Assembly (NCBI GenBank): GCA_964513625.1
Contig: CAZENH010000007.1
Location: 4,911 to 68,910 of the forward strand
Direction of reading: 5' to 3'
Length of the DNA stretch: 64,000 bases
From: an uncultured Myxococcales bacterium
GTDB lineage: Bacteria > Myxococcota > B64-G9
Made by a program: the position numbers and the translations under genes
Shown here: positions 48,045-56,797 of the stretch, piece after piece
How the letters are laid out: the number at the start of each line of letters is the position of its first letter
How positions within the stretch are numbered: the stretch's first letter is position 1
Notes under the pieces: model-generated
The model's input: only the letters and a program-made list of their open reading frames with translations
The model's database searches: none
What the model was told of the DNA's origin: nothing

Positions 48045-49366
48045 ATCCTCTCGGCTCACTTAAGTATCACCTGAACGTCAACCTGCTGGGAAGATCCTTC
48101 CTGCGCTTTGACAGAATGCGACTCACGCGGCGCATGAGGCGAGTGGGCTTCTGGAAGAACGAATACCTGTCTCCACCGTTGATGACCTCGCCGTGGCTCA
48201 AGGAGCTGATCGCCAGCCATTACCTGAAAGGGCGTTATGCCAACGGACACGGCCCGGTCGCCTGGGTGACCTCGGGCGGCCCGGTAGAGTTCCTGGTCGC
48301 GCTGGGTTACTACGTCCTCTATCCGGAGAACCACGGGGCAGTCTGTGGAATCAGGCGCAGCGCGGAAGATCTCTGCATTATGGCCGAGGGCCACGGTTAC
48401 TCGCGCGACATATGTTCCTATGCGCGCACCGACTTCGGCGCCATGCTGGGCGGCAAGACTCCGGTTGGCCGCCTGCCGCGGCCGGATCTGCTTCTGTGTT
48501 GCAGCAATATCTGTCAGACCGTGTTGCTCTGGTACCGGGTACTGGCGCATCATTTCAAGGTGCCCCTTATTTTAGTGGAGACGCCGTTTTTGTATCGTGA
48601 CGCCCTGCCCCACCAGGTCGACTACGTCAAGCGCCAACTCGAGGCCGGGGTCGAAGTGGCCGAGAAAGTCGCCGGCCGCTCGCTTACCCCTAGCGCACTT
48701 GGTCTGGTGGCACGCCGTTCGAAGGAAGCCTCGCTCTTGTGGGCCGAGATCATGACCTGCGGCAAGCAGTGCCCGACGCCGATCACCGCCTTCGACGAGT
48801 TCATCCACATGGCTCCGATCGTCGAGATGCGCGGAGAACAGTTTACCGTCGACTACTACAGGGCAATGCTGGCGGAGCTCAAGGGGCGTATAGAGCACAA
48901 GCTGGGCGCTTTGAAGAACGAGAAGAAACGCATCTTGTGGGATAACTTGCCCATCTGGTATCGCATGCGGCGCCTGTCACAGCTGCTGGCCGAGCGCGGC
49001 GTGGCTATGGTGGCATCGACATACACCAACGCCTGGGGCGAACTTGCCGAAATGATGGATTCCTCGAAGCCTATCGAATCGGCCGCGCGCGTCTACCTGC
49101 ACCCGATTCTCAATCGCGGTACGGGCCACAAGCTCGAGACGATCGAGAACATGGCCAGAGAGTATCAGGCCGACGGGATCATCCTGCATTCGGATCGCTC
49201 CTGCAAACCCTACTCGGTGGGTCAAATGGATCAGCGTGAAAAGCTGGCCAAGGAAATGAACCTTGCCGCATTATTGCTTGAAGCCGATCACAACGACCCG
49301 CGGGTATACTCGGACGAACAGGCAGAAAACAGGCTGGAAGCATTCTTGGAGGTGCTCGGAGCATGA
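48041..49366 (+). CDS. 2-hydroxyacyl-CoA dehydratase family subunit (alpha-like)
   Basis: The 441-aa ORF is HgdA-like ([28 protein letters not shown]). There are 4-nt overlaps on both sides. Confidence 0.7.
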   Translation: MNPLGSLKYHLNVNLLGRSFLRFDRMRLTRRMRRVGFWKNEYLSPPLMTSPWLKELIASHYLKGRYANGHGPVAWVTSGGPVEFLVALGYYVLYPENHGAVCGIRRSAEDLCIMAEGHGYSRDICSYARTDFGAMLGGKTPVGRLPRPDLLLCCSNICQTVLLWYRVLAHHFKVPLILVETPFLYRDALPHQVDYVKRQLEAGVEVAEKVAGRSLTPSALGLVARRSKEASLLWAEIMTCGKQCPTPITAFDEFIHMAPIVEMRGEQFTVDYYRAMLAELKGRIEHKLGALKNEKKRILWDNLPIWYRMRRLSQLLAERGVAMVASTYTNAWGELAEMMDSSKPIESAARVYLHPILNRGTGHKLETIENMAREYQADGIILHSDRSCKPYSVGQMDQREKLAKEMNLAALLLEADHNDPRVYSDEQAENRLEAFLEVLGA

Positions 49367-50145
49367 GCGGCGGAGACGTCCACGCGCTGGGAATCGATGC
49401 CGGTTCGACCACCCTTAAGCTGGTGGCACTGGACGGGCAATGTTCCATGCTGTGGCACATGCTCGAACCAAGCCAGCCGCGACTCGAGGAGCAGGCAAAG
49501 CGTATGCTGCAAGAGGCGTCCGCCAAGGCCGGACGCGAGCTTGGCGAAGAAAGTATTGTGGCTACAGGTTATGGGCGAAACCTGATTCCGGCAGGCCGGC
49601 GGATCACCGAGATAACCTGCCACGCGCGGGGCGCTTTCGCCGCGACCGGTCATGGCGGCACGTTGGTGGACATTGGCGGACAGGATTCGAAGGTGATCGT
49701 CATTGGACAAGACGGACAGGTGACCAACTTTGTGATGAACGACAAGTGCGCCGCCGGCACCGGACGTTTTCTGGAAGTCGCCGCCACGCGACTGGATATC
49801 AGCCTTGACGAGCTTGGCCGCGTTGCGCTCGACTCAAAAGGAGAGGTCTCGATTTCTTCGACCTGTACCGTCTTCGCCGAGAGCGAGATAGTCTCGCAGC
49901 TAGCTCGCGGCCAGCCGATAGAGCACATCGTGCGCGGCCTTGTGCGTTCACTGATAAGAAGAGTGGCGGCTTTGGCAAAAAGCGCGGGAATAAGCGCTCC
50001 ATTGATGCTCTCGGGAGGCGTGGCCAAAAACCCGGCCGTGCGAGAGTTTCTGGCTCAGGAACTGAGTCAGGCGGTGGAGCTTCCGAATCACCCACAACTA
50101 ATGGGTGCCTACGGCGCCGCTTTGCTGGCCCGGGCCGATAAATAG
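49363..50145 (+). CDS. Dehydratase activator ATPase (HgdC/BcrAD family)
   Basis: [26 protein letters not shown] and [13 protein letters not shown] are present. The 260-aa ORF is a paralog of 23177..23968. Confidence 0.8.
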   Translation: MSGGDVHALGIDAGSTTLKLVALDGQCSMLWHMLEPSQPRLEEQAKRMLQEASAKAGRELGEESIVATGYGRNLIPAGRRITEITCHARGAFAATGHGGTLVDIGGQDSKVIVIGQDGQVTNFVMNDKCAAGTGRFLEVAATRLDISLDELGRVALDSKGEVSISSTCTVFAESEIVSQLARGQPIEHIVRGLVRSLIRRVAALAKSAGISAPLMLSGGVAKNPAVREFLAQELSQAVELPNHPQLMGAYGAALLARADK

Positions 50146-50239
50146 CAACTATCGCCGGCCGCTGTTTGGCCCGGCACTGAGACATCCGGGAAGCCCCCGC
50201 TACAAAACGCTGAACGTCTTCCGGAGCACCTTCACTCCT

Positions 50240-52660
50240 TCAGGGTTGGGCCGGGCCCTTGAGTACGCTGGCGCCGAAGGTGGTGACATAAATGACGTCC
50301 GGGTCGGCTGAATCGAACTGCACGCGCTGAGTATTGGCGAAGGGAAAGTCTGTAAACGGTTCCCAGTTGTCGCCCCCGTCGGTGCTCAACCATAGCGCCC
50401 ACTCCGGTGTGCCCTCGCACATGGTGGCGTACACCCAGCCGGGCCGCTGCGGGTGGAAGTAGGCCCCGAAGTGTTCCCGGCCGAAGCGCGCTACCTTAAG
50501 CCAGTTCGCACCGCCGTCGCGGGTGCGCCACAGCCCTCCCTGGTCGTTGCCGGCATCGGCGGCCCCGATGAAAATGGTATTACTGTCGCCCGGGTCGACC
50601 TGGAAGTCCTTGGGCCAGAGCAGCAGAGGACTAGTGGTGATCCGCGTCCAAGAGGAACCACCATCGCCGGAGCGATAAAGCCCCACTCCCTCGGGCCGGA
50701 AGGCGCCGTTAACCATGCGGGCGGTTATCAGCGTAAACAATGTCCCGTCGGCGTGCAGCACTACCCGGTAGACACGCATGTTGGCGGGGTCGCCCAGACC
50801 ATTGCTGATGCTCGTCCAGTTATGACCGTCGTCTTGCGAGCGGTACACCCCGCGGCCGAACACCCCGGCGTAGAGGGTACGCGAGCCCACAGGCGAGTTT
50901 GCATCCAGCACGATGCTGGTCAGCGGCGCTTCGGGCAGGGTGTCGTTATCCTCTTGCCAGTTGCGCCCGAAATCGGTGGATACCGCCACGCCTCCGCCGC
51001 CGCTTTCCGGATCTCCACCCCAGTGACGGTTGTAAATGATGTTGGCGTTTGGAATATCGTGTACGTCGGAAAACGCTCCCCAGACCTTGCCCGGGACGTC
51101 CGGGTCTAAGGCCATCTCGTAGCAGGTGTTGTGCCAGGGTGCTTGACCCTGCTCGTCCCACCAAATCCAGCTACCGCCAGCGTCCGTGGAACAGGCGAAG
51201 CCCAGGTCGGTGTAGGCGATGTAGTGGCGCTGGGGCTCGTGTGGATCGATGTAGTAATGCCAGGTAGTGGTCACCACCAGACCGTTGTTTACCCAGGGAG
51301 TGCCGGGTCCGGGCACCACTCCCGGCGGCGGGAAAGTGTGGCCGTTGAACCATGAGTTGCCACCGTCGTGGGTGATGTAGCACTTGCTCCACTCGATCAG
51401 AACCCGCTCAGGGTCGGCGCGGCTGATGCAAGCTCCGAAGGGGGGATCACCTCCCTTGAAAGATTGTCCCATGGAGGCTGTAACGTAGTTGGGCGCCACG
51501 TTGTACTCTGCGGAACGTGGATCCATGAAGAAAGTCTCCCTCCAGTTATCGCCTCCGTCGTCACTGCGCCAGACGTTCTCGTCGTGCGGTGGCCAGAAAC
51601 CGGTGCTGGAGTTGGTGGTGTAGACGGTCAGGGGGGCGGCGTCACTGGTAAGTGCCCAGGTGTAGGTGGGGATGGAACCGGCCGCCCACTGGTCGTACTG
51701 CTCTGTATCCTTGTTGATCCCCTCCCCCATGGCCCACTGCCAGCTCTCTCCCCGATCCGCTGAACGGAATACTCCGCCGGCGAACTGTCCACCGTCGAGC
51801 CGGCTGGGCACGGTGCAGTAGAGCATGATCTGGCTTGAAGCGGGATTCGACCCGCCAGCAAAACCATTTATCTGCGCGCCGTCGTCGGGCAGCCCAGCGG
51901 TCTTGCGGACCCAGCTTTGGCCGCCGTCGTCCGAGCGCCAGATGCCTTCCTGGGTGGCCACGAAGATCACCCGCTCCGACGACGACGAGCTGCGATCGAA
52001 GTGTACCGCCAGAGCCTCGCCGCCCGGGCCGGCGCATTTCGTCCAGCTGCGAGCGCCGTCGCGGGAGACACGGCAGCCGTCGGCGGTGCCGGCCACTACC
52101 AGCTGGGGGTCGTCCGGGTCATAGAGAATTTGCCCATAGGCGTTGGCGCCGAGATTCGCCCAGTCTTCCCATGTGTGACCCCGGTCGTGGGATATTTTCA
52201 GCTGGTCCCATTGCGGCGCCAGGATCACGTTCAGATCTTGCGGGTGAAATGCCGCCGGACAATGAAGGTAGCTCTGCCGCTGCTTGAAATGTATCAGCCG
52301 CCACCAGTGACCGCCGTCTTCCGAGACATAGGAGCCGGACATGTCACAGTTTATCATCATCAGATCGGGGTCCAGCGCGCTGATGGAGGGCGCGAACATA
52401 CCCCCGCCGCCGGACAAACCCGTGGGCAGCCAGCCGTCTACGACGATGTCTCCTCCGGTGTCGGCACCCGCATCAGCTCCAGTATCGGCGCCCGGATCAG
52501 CACCGGCATCGACGCCCGGATCGGCACCGGCATCTACGCCAGCGTCGTGCGCACCGTCCTTCCCGGCATCTTCCCGACCGCTTATCCGGCCCTGGCTACA
52601 ACCGGCACCCGCGAACACCAATGCCAGGACGCCTGCGAGCAACGCTACACAGCGCCTCAT
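50240..52660 (-). CDS. BNR/Asp-box repeat lipoprotein (tandem beta-propeller, GH74/sortilin-like)
   Basis: Lipobox LVFAGAGCSQ is present. It has at least 12 Asp-box motifs (SHDRGHTW, SRDGARSW, RSDDGGQSW, RSADRGESW, RSDDGGDNW, THDGGNSW, STDAGGSW, STDFGRNW, RSQDDGHNW, RSGDGGSSW, RTRDGGANW, STDGGDNW). The start is placed at M25 (MRRCVALLAG). Confidence 0.7.
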   Translation of the reverse strand: MRRCVALLAGVLALVFAGAGCSQGRISGREDAGKDGAHDAGVDAGADPGVDAGADPGADTGADAGADTGGDIVVDGWLPTGLSGGGGMFAPSISALDPDLMMINCDMSGSYVSEDGGHWWRLIHFKQRQSYLHCPAAFHPQDLNVILAPQWDQLKISHDRGHTWEDWANLGANAYGQILYDPDDPQLVVAGTADGCRVSRDGARSWTKCAGPGGEALAVHFDRSSSSSERVIFVATQEGIWRSDDGGQSWVRKTAGLPDDGAQINGFAGGSNPASSQIMLYCTVPSRLDGGQFAGGVFRSADRGESWQWAMGEGINKDTEQYDQWAAGSIPTYTWALTSDAAPLTVYTTNSSTGFWPPHDENVWRSDDGGDNWRETFFMDPRSAEYNVAPNYVTASMGQSFKGGDPPFGACISRADPERVLIEWSKCYITHDGGNSWFNGHTFPPPGVVPGPGTPWVNNGLVVTTTWHYYIDPHEPQRHYIAYTDLGFACSTDAGGSWIWWDEQGQAPWHNTCYEMALDPDVPGKVWGAFSDVHDIPNANIIYNRHWGGDPESGGGGVAVSTDFGRNWQEDNDTLPEAPLTSIVLDANSPVGSRTLYAGVFGRGVYRSQDDGHNWTSISNGLGDPANMRVYRVVLHADGTLFTLITARMVNGAFRPEGVGLYRSGDGGSSWTRITTSPLLLWPKDFQVDPGDSNTIFIGAADAGNDQGGLWRTRDGGANWLKVARFGREHFGAYFHPQRPGWVYATMCEGTPEWALWLSTDGGDNWEPFTDFPFANTQRVQFDSADPDVIYVTTFGASVLKGPAQP
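52460..52543. repeat. 12-bp-period tandem repeat (7 units) inside the BNR lipoprotein gene encoding (D-A/P/T-G-A)n linker
   Basis: Consecutive units are gtcggcacccgc / atcagctccagt / atcggcgcccgg / atcagcaccggc / atcgacgcccgg / atcggcaccggc / atctacgccagc. The encoded protein segment is DAGVDAGADPGVDAGADPGADTGADAGADTGGD. Confidence 0.6.
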
Positions 52661-52710
52661 GCCGGCAGCCTCCTTAAAAGGGGCAACCCATTGAGTTTCA
52701 TTCACTTGCC

Positions 52711-54027
52711 TTACCAGCGATCGATTTTCCACTTGCTCTTGTGCTTGACGATCCAGACCTTGTCCCGCGAGGCAAAGTCTTCTTTCACCCGCACCCAGCA
52801 GCCTTCGACGACATTCTTTTCTTTATAACGCCTCGCGGCTCGCTCGATGTCGGCCTGCGGGAGCACGTCCAACGGGCAGGTTTGCAGCTGGTATCCCTGC
52901 TTGAAATAATTGCGCAGCTGTCTGAAAACCTCCTGCGGTCTCGTCGCCGCACGCGAGGGATCCGGTACTGAAAAATATGCCCGCAGGGACTCCTTGTTCT
53001 TTCTCTTTGCCGCCGCGAATACATATTCCAGTACCTTTACTGCCGATCGGTATGCCGACCTGTATGCGCGTATCTCGGCGCCTTCCTTGCTGGCCGGCTC
53101 TGGTGCTTGTTTCACCTCGAATGGCAAGCCGGTAAGTCTTTTGCCGGTGCCGTTCTCCTCCATCTTGAGCGCTCGTACGTACTCGTCCTGGACGATCTCT
53201 ACCTGCTTTATGAAAGTTGCGTATTCGGACAGGCGCTGTTTTGCATCCAGCGCCTGTGTTCTGTTTCGGGACCTGTTCAGGCTGACCTGAAGAAGGTGTG
53301 CCGTTCGGCCCTGCGGTTCCCAGATGCATGAGCGCTTGTTGTCGAACTCGCGCCGGAAAGGAGTCAGTACCAGGTCCAGTAAAATTTTCCGGCGTTGAGA
53401 AACCAGATTCGGATCATACGGCGTCTTGCAGATCATCGAGACGTAATCCAGGTTGAGCTTGCAGAAGGCGGGCCGATCGAGAGGCTTGTATTTTTCTGCG
53501 GGCGCTTGCTCGAGAATGACGGGCGCGGCCTTGTGCCGCGGACGCGCGTTGAGAAGCTCGTCCACCAGCGGGCCGATTCTATCCGCTGCTTCCCGGAGGT
53601 TCTTCAGATTGGTCGATGCACGCGATGTAACTCGCGCCTTGCGCGCGTCGATAAGCTGCAGTGAAAGCACGTAGAGATCCTCGAGGCGGCCGACGCTCCC
53701 GCCGATCAGCCAGTCTGCTCCGAGCGCCCCGGCCAACTCGGCCATGCAACTCTCATCGTTGCAGCCCAGCAGGTTTTTCTGCTGCTCGGCCGTAAGCATG
53801 GCCCGCACATCGGCCGGCCCCATGGCGTGCACACCGTGGCGCGCGAGCAAAGCGTTCAGTAATAGATCGGAAAGTACGCCGTCCGTGCCTGCTGGGACAC
53901 CGGCATAGGCGTGAACGCCGGGGACGACTACCTTGAATTCTGCTTGCCCGCCAAACGACCGGCCGCCAGTGGCAAACAAGATCAGAATAACTACGCAGAT
54001 CGAATTTCTGGTCACATTTCCTCCCAC
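52711..54027 (-). CDS. Secreted hypothetical protein with N-terminal LpoB/TolB-N-like domain
   Basis: A signal peptide is followed by DLLLNALL...LLGCNDESCMAELAGALGADWLIGGSVGRLEDLYVLSLQLID (an LpoB/CsgG/TolB-N-like alpha/beta pattern). The ~300-aa C-terminal region is unassigned. Confidence 0.45.
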   Translation of the reverse strand: MGGNVTRNSICVVILILFATGGRSFGGQAEFKVVVPGVHAYAGVPAGTDGVLSDLLLNALLARHGVHAMGPADVRAMLTAEQQKNLLGCNDESCMAELAGALGADWLIGGSVGRLEDLYVLSLQLIDARKARVTSRASTNLKNLREAADRIGPLVDELLNARPRHKAAPVILEQAPAEKYKPLDRPAFCKLNLDYVSMICKTPYDPNLVSQRRKILLDLVLTPFRREFDNKRSCIWEPQGRTAHLLQVSLNRSRNRTQALDAKQRLSEYATFIKQVEIVQDEYVRALKMEENGTGKRLTGLPFEVKQAPEPASKEGAEIRAYRSAYRSAVKVLEYVFAAAKRKNKESLRAYFSVPDPSRAATRPQEVFRQLRNYFKQGYQLQTCPLDVLPQADIERAARRYKEKNVVEGCWVRVKEDFASRDKVWIVKHKSKWKIDRW

Positions 54028-54217
54028 GCCTGCGCCCGGGATTGAGGATACACATGCCGGACAGCTCTATGCAAGATCCAGTCAGAAGACAGATGGGATT
54101 GACGTCCGGAATCAGAATGGCCGTGATCTACGAGCTGCAAGAAATGCTGAAGAACGCGAGGGTAGTCCCGGTTGCGTTTTCGCTGCTATTGCACGCTGCT
54201 CGGGAAAGGGTTCACAC

Positions 54218-54249
54218 GAGTTGATCCGGCCACCAGAGCGGATCAACTC
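54218..54249. terminator. Perfect 11-bp inverted repeat GAGTTGATCCG-N10-CGGATCAACTC just downstream of the Lys-rich secreted protein gene
   Basis: Read from the sequence. It lies 10 nt past the stop (54259) of the minus-strand gene. No strong U-tract follows. It could be a terminator or a regulator site. Confidence 0.35.
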
Positions 54250-54258
54250 ATCGTCTAC

Positions 54259-54675
54259 TTATTCTCCCGCGCCTTCTTCAGTCGCTGCTCCTCCTTCACC
54301 AGCTGCGGGCTCCTCGGCGGCGGGCGCCTCGACGGCCTTATAGCTCTTCACATTGAGCCACATGATCGGCTTCTTCTTCGTGCCCTTGCGGATCAATTGG
54401 GCCGAGACTTTGACTTTCTTGCCGGCAAGCTCCTTTACAAGTTTCTTGCCCTTGGCGTTCATGTATACGCGATAGATCTTCGCGTTCTCGCCCTTGAGGT
54501 TGATGCCGATGAGCTTGCCCTTCTTGCTTGACAGTTTTACTACTTCTCCCTGGACGGTTTGCAGCTTGGGCCCTTTCTTGGCCGCTGGTTTCGCCTTTCC
54601 CGCCAGAGCCTGGCTGCCCGCCAAGAATGCCAGGGCTACGAATAGTGCCGTGCTGGTGATAGCAATCCTTTTCAT
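54259..54675 (-). CDS. Small secreted lysine-rich protein with acidic C-terminal tail
   Basis: The 138-aa ORF has a signal peptide (ALFVALAFLAGSQALAG). The mature part is about 25% Lys, with an AEEPAAGEGGAATEEGAGE tail. A GAGGAG RBS is present. Confidence 0.6.
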   Translation of the reverse strand: MKRIAITSTALFVALAFLAGSQALAGKAKPAAKKGPKLQTVQGEVVKLSSKKGKLIGINLKGENAKIYRVYMNAKGKKLVKELAGKKVKVSAQLIRKGTKKKPIMWLNVKSYKAVEAPAAEEPAAGEGGAATEEGAGE

Positions 54676-54725
54676 GTCTTTTCTCCTCGGAAGTTAGAGT
54701 CCAACTCCTATTCTCCCACTCTTTA

Positions 54726-54741
54726 TCCAAATCTCGTGCCA
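54726..54741 (-). promoter_or_regulatory. Candidate sigma-54 (-24/-12) promoter TGGCACG-N4-TTGGA upstream of the Lys-rich protein gene
   Basis: The minus strand reads TGGCACGAGATTTGGA, about 50 nt upstream of ATG 54675. The gene is directly downstream of a sigma-54 activator gene. The -12 element is GG rather than the consensus GC. Confidence 0.4.
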
Positions 54742-54872
54742 ACGAAGGACTTTTTGTCTGTCTGGAGAGAACAGCCCGTTTTTATTGCAATGTTTTCGTC
54801 AGCGGATGGGAATGCCCGAGTTCTAGGGGCATTATCGGAACAAGACTTCCGAAAAAAAACCAGATTGGAGGA

Positions 54873-56327
54873 TCATGCTGTTTTGTGGTTTGTATTCTTG
54901 AAGTCTTCTTTCTTCAGGCCATAACGCTGCATCTTGTCGTAAAGAGCGCGGGTGGTGATCTGTGCCCTCTTGGCGGTCTCGCCTATCCGTCCAGTTGTTT
55001 CCCTCAACCGCGATGAAATGTAAGCCTTCTCAAATTGTACCACGAGCAAACTGCGGGCCTTGCGCAATGGTTGCTCAAACCATGCCTGCGGTAGAGCCAA
55101 ACTCCCCAGGTCACGCATATCGCTATTCTCAGGAAGGTTTTCAGAAACGGTGTTCATTCGGAAGGAATGCGGCAAGTCATCGAGTTCGATGTGAGAGGTC
55201 TTGCAAAGCAGGATGGCTCGCTCGATTACGTTGATTAACTCGCGAACATTGCCGGGCCAATCGTAGCGCATAAGTGCTCGCAGGACCTCATCTCCGATAC
55301 CTTCGGCTTCACGGCCGGTATCCGCGGCGAAATGGCTGACGTAGCTCTTGGCTAGCGCCGGGATGTCTTCACGGCGTTCGCGAAGGGGAGGCACCTTCAA
55401 GGTGACCACGCCCAGGCGGTAGAGCAAGTCGCTACGAAATTCTCCTTGCCTGGCCATTTCATGCAGATCCCGGCTGGTGGCGGCCATGACCCGGACATCA
55501 ACCTGGAAGGGCCATTCCCCTCCTACTCGCTGTATCTCGTGGTCTTGAAGCACACGCAGTAGCCGGACTTGCAGGTGGTGAGGCATCTCGCCGATTTCAT
55601 CGAGAAAGATCGTGCCCCGGTGAGCTAGCTCGAAGCAGCCTCGGCGAGCTCTTGTCGCCCCGGTGAAGGCGCCTTGCTCGTGCCCGAACAACTCGCTTTC
55701 GAGCAGCGATTCCGGCAACGCCCCGCAGTTGACGGCTACGAAAGCACCGGACCGGTTGTTGCCATTGTAAATGGCCCGAGCCAGCCTCTCCTTGCCCACG
55801 CCTGTCTCACCTGTAATGAGCAGCGAAGTTTTGCTAGCGGCAACGCGCTGCACTAGATCCATGAACTCCTTCATGATGGGACTCTCGGAAACGAAGTCAT
55901 CCAGCCGGGGAGGCTGCCTGACGCTTCTCATCGAGAGGGCCTTGCGGCTGAGTTCGAGGTGCCTCTCCATGATGGCGGAGATTGTATCTGCCAGTTCGGC
56001 CGGAGGAAGCCCGGCGTTCAGAATCGCGTCGCAGCCGGCGGCTGTCAGGTTCACGCGTTCATCTGGATCGTTCTTGTTGGTAAGCACAACCAGGCTTGGT
56101 GCGTTGAGCAGGCTCTTGTATTTGCTCAGTGATTCCTCGATTGGTTCAGGGATCAAAGAGCGCTCGACGACGACCAGGTCGCAGGTCTCACGGCCGATGT
56201 GTTCCCAAAGATTCAGTCGTTTTTGGGGAAAATCGACGATTACATCCGGCTTTGCAAGCAGCCTCTTCAGGTTACGGCGTGAATTTTGGCGGTTTAACGC
56301 TAATAAGATTCGAGCAATCACTTGCAA
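54873..56327 (-). CDS. Sigma-54-dependent transcriptional activator with degenerate receiver domain (NtrC family)
   Basis: It has an AAA+ sigma-54 interaction domain (GETGVGKERLA, ESELFGHEQGAFTGA). The C-terminal HTH is Fis-type. The REC-like N-terminus lacks the acidic pocket and has Glu at the phospho-site (CDLVVVE). Confidence 0.8.
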   Translation of the reverse strand: MQVIARILLALNRQNSRRNLKRLLAKPDVIVDFPQKRLNLWEHIGRETCDLVVVERSLIPEPIEESLSKYKSLLNAPSLVVLTNKNDPDERVNLTAAGCDAILNAGLPPAELADTISAIMERHLELSRKALSMRSVRQPPRLDDFVSESPIMKEFMDLVQRVAASKTSLLITGETGVGKERLARAIYNGNNRSGAFVAVNCGALPESLLESELFGHEQGAFTGATRARRGCFELAHRGTIFLDEIGEMPHHLQVRLLRVLQDHEIQRVGGEWPFQVDVRVMAATSRDLHEMARQGEFRSDLLYRLGVVTLKVPPLRERREDIPALAKSYVSHFAADTGREAEGIGDEVLRALMRYDWPGNVRELINVIERAILLCKTSHIELDDLPHSFRMNTVSENLPENSDMRDLGSLALPQAWFEQPLRKARSLLVVQFEKAYISSRLRETTGRIGETAKRAQITTRALYDKMQRYGLKKEDFKNTNHKTA

Positions 56328-56545
56328 AACCTCCCGAAGGGGTTTTCGGAAGGATAACTTCTTATTTTATAGGAAGTCAACATCCGATTGCATGTCCTGT
56401 TCTAAAATGATCACATCCGGGTCTCCGTGTTCCAACCATGGAGAATCAGCAGATAAACGAATACCAAACCCGCCATTTGCTAATATGGCATGCCTTTTGA
56501 AATGTAAATCCTGCAGATGAAAAGATCTTTTTAAGGAGTTGTTGC

Positions 56546-56719
56546 ATGTGCTCAAAAAAAATCAATATTGATCAAGACGAGTTGAGAGCAAGTAACAACC
56601 AGAAATCTTTACGGAAGAAGAAAAAAAAAGACATAAAATCTAAAAAATCAGAAGAGCCTAAAAGGGATGAAATCGAAGAGACCGATGCCGAAAGCAGACT
56701 TCCCGTCATGAAATGGTGA
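56546..56719 (+). CDS. Candidate 57-aa micro-ORF encoding highly charged Lys/Asp/Glu-rich peptide (MCSKKINIDQDELRASNNQKSLRKKKKKDIKSKKSEEPKRDEIEETDAESRLPVMKW)
   Basis: It lies in a ~180-bp AT-rich island (the rest of the window is >60% GC). An AAGGAG RBS sits 8 nt upstream of ATG. It is convergent with kamA, 79 nt apart. It is absent from the ORF table only because of the 60-aa cutoff. Confidence 0.3.
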   Translation: MCSKKINIDQDELRASNNQKSLRKKKKKDIKSKKSEEPKRDEIEETDAESRLPVMKW

Positions 56720-56797
56720 TCTGATCGAATACGATCGCTTGCGCCTTGTCGCTAAATAGCGAATTTTGCAGTAGACGTTCTTTTGCGGACAATAAGA

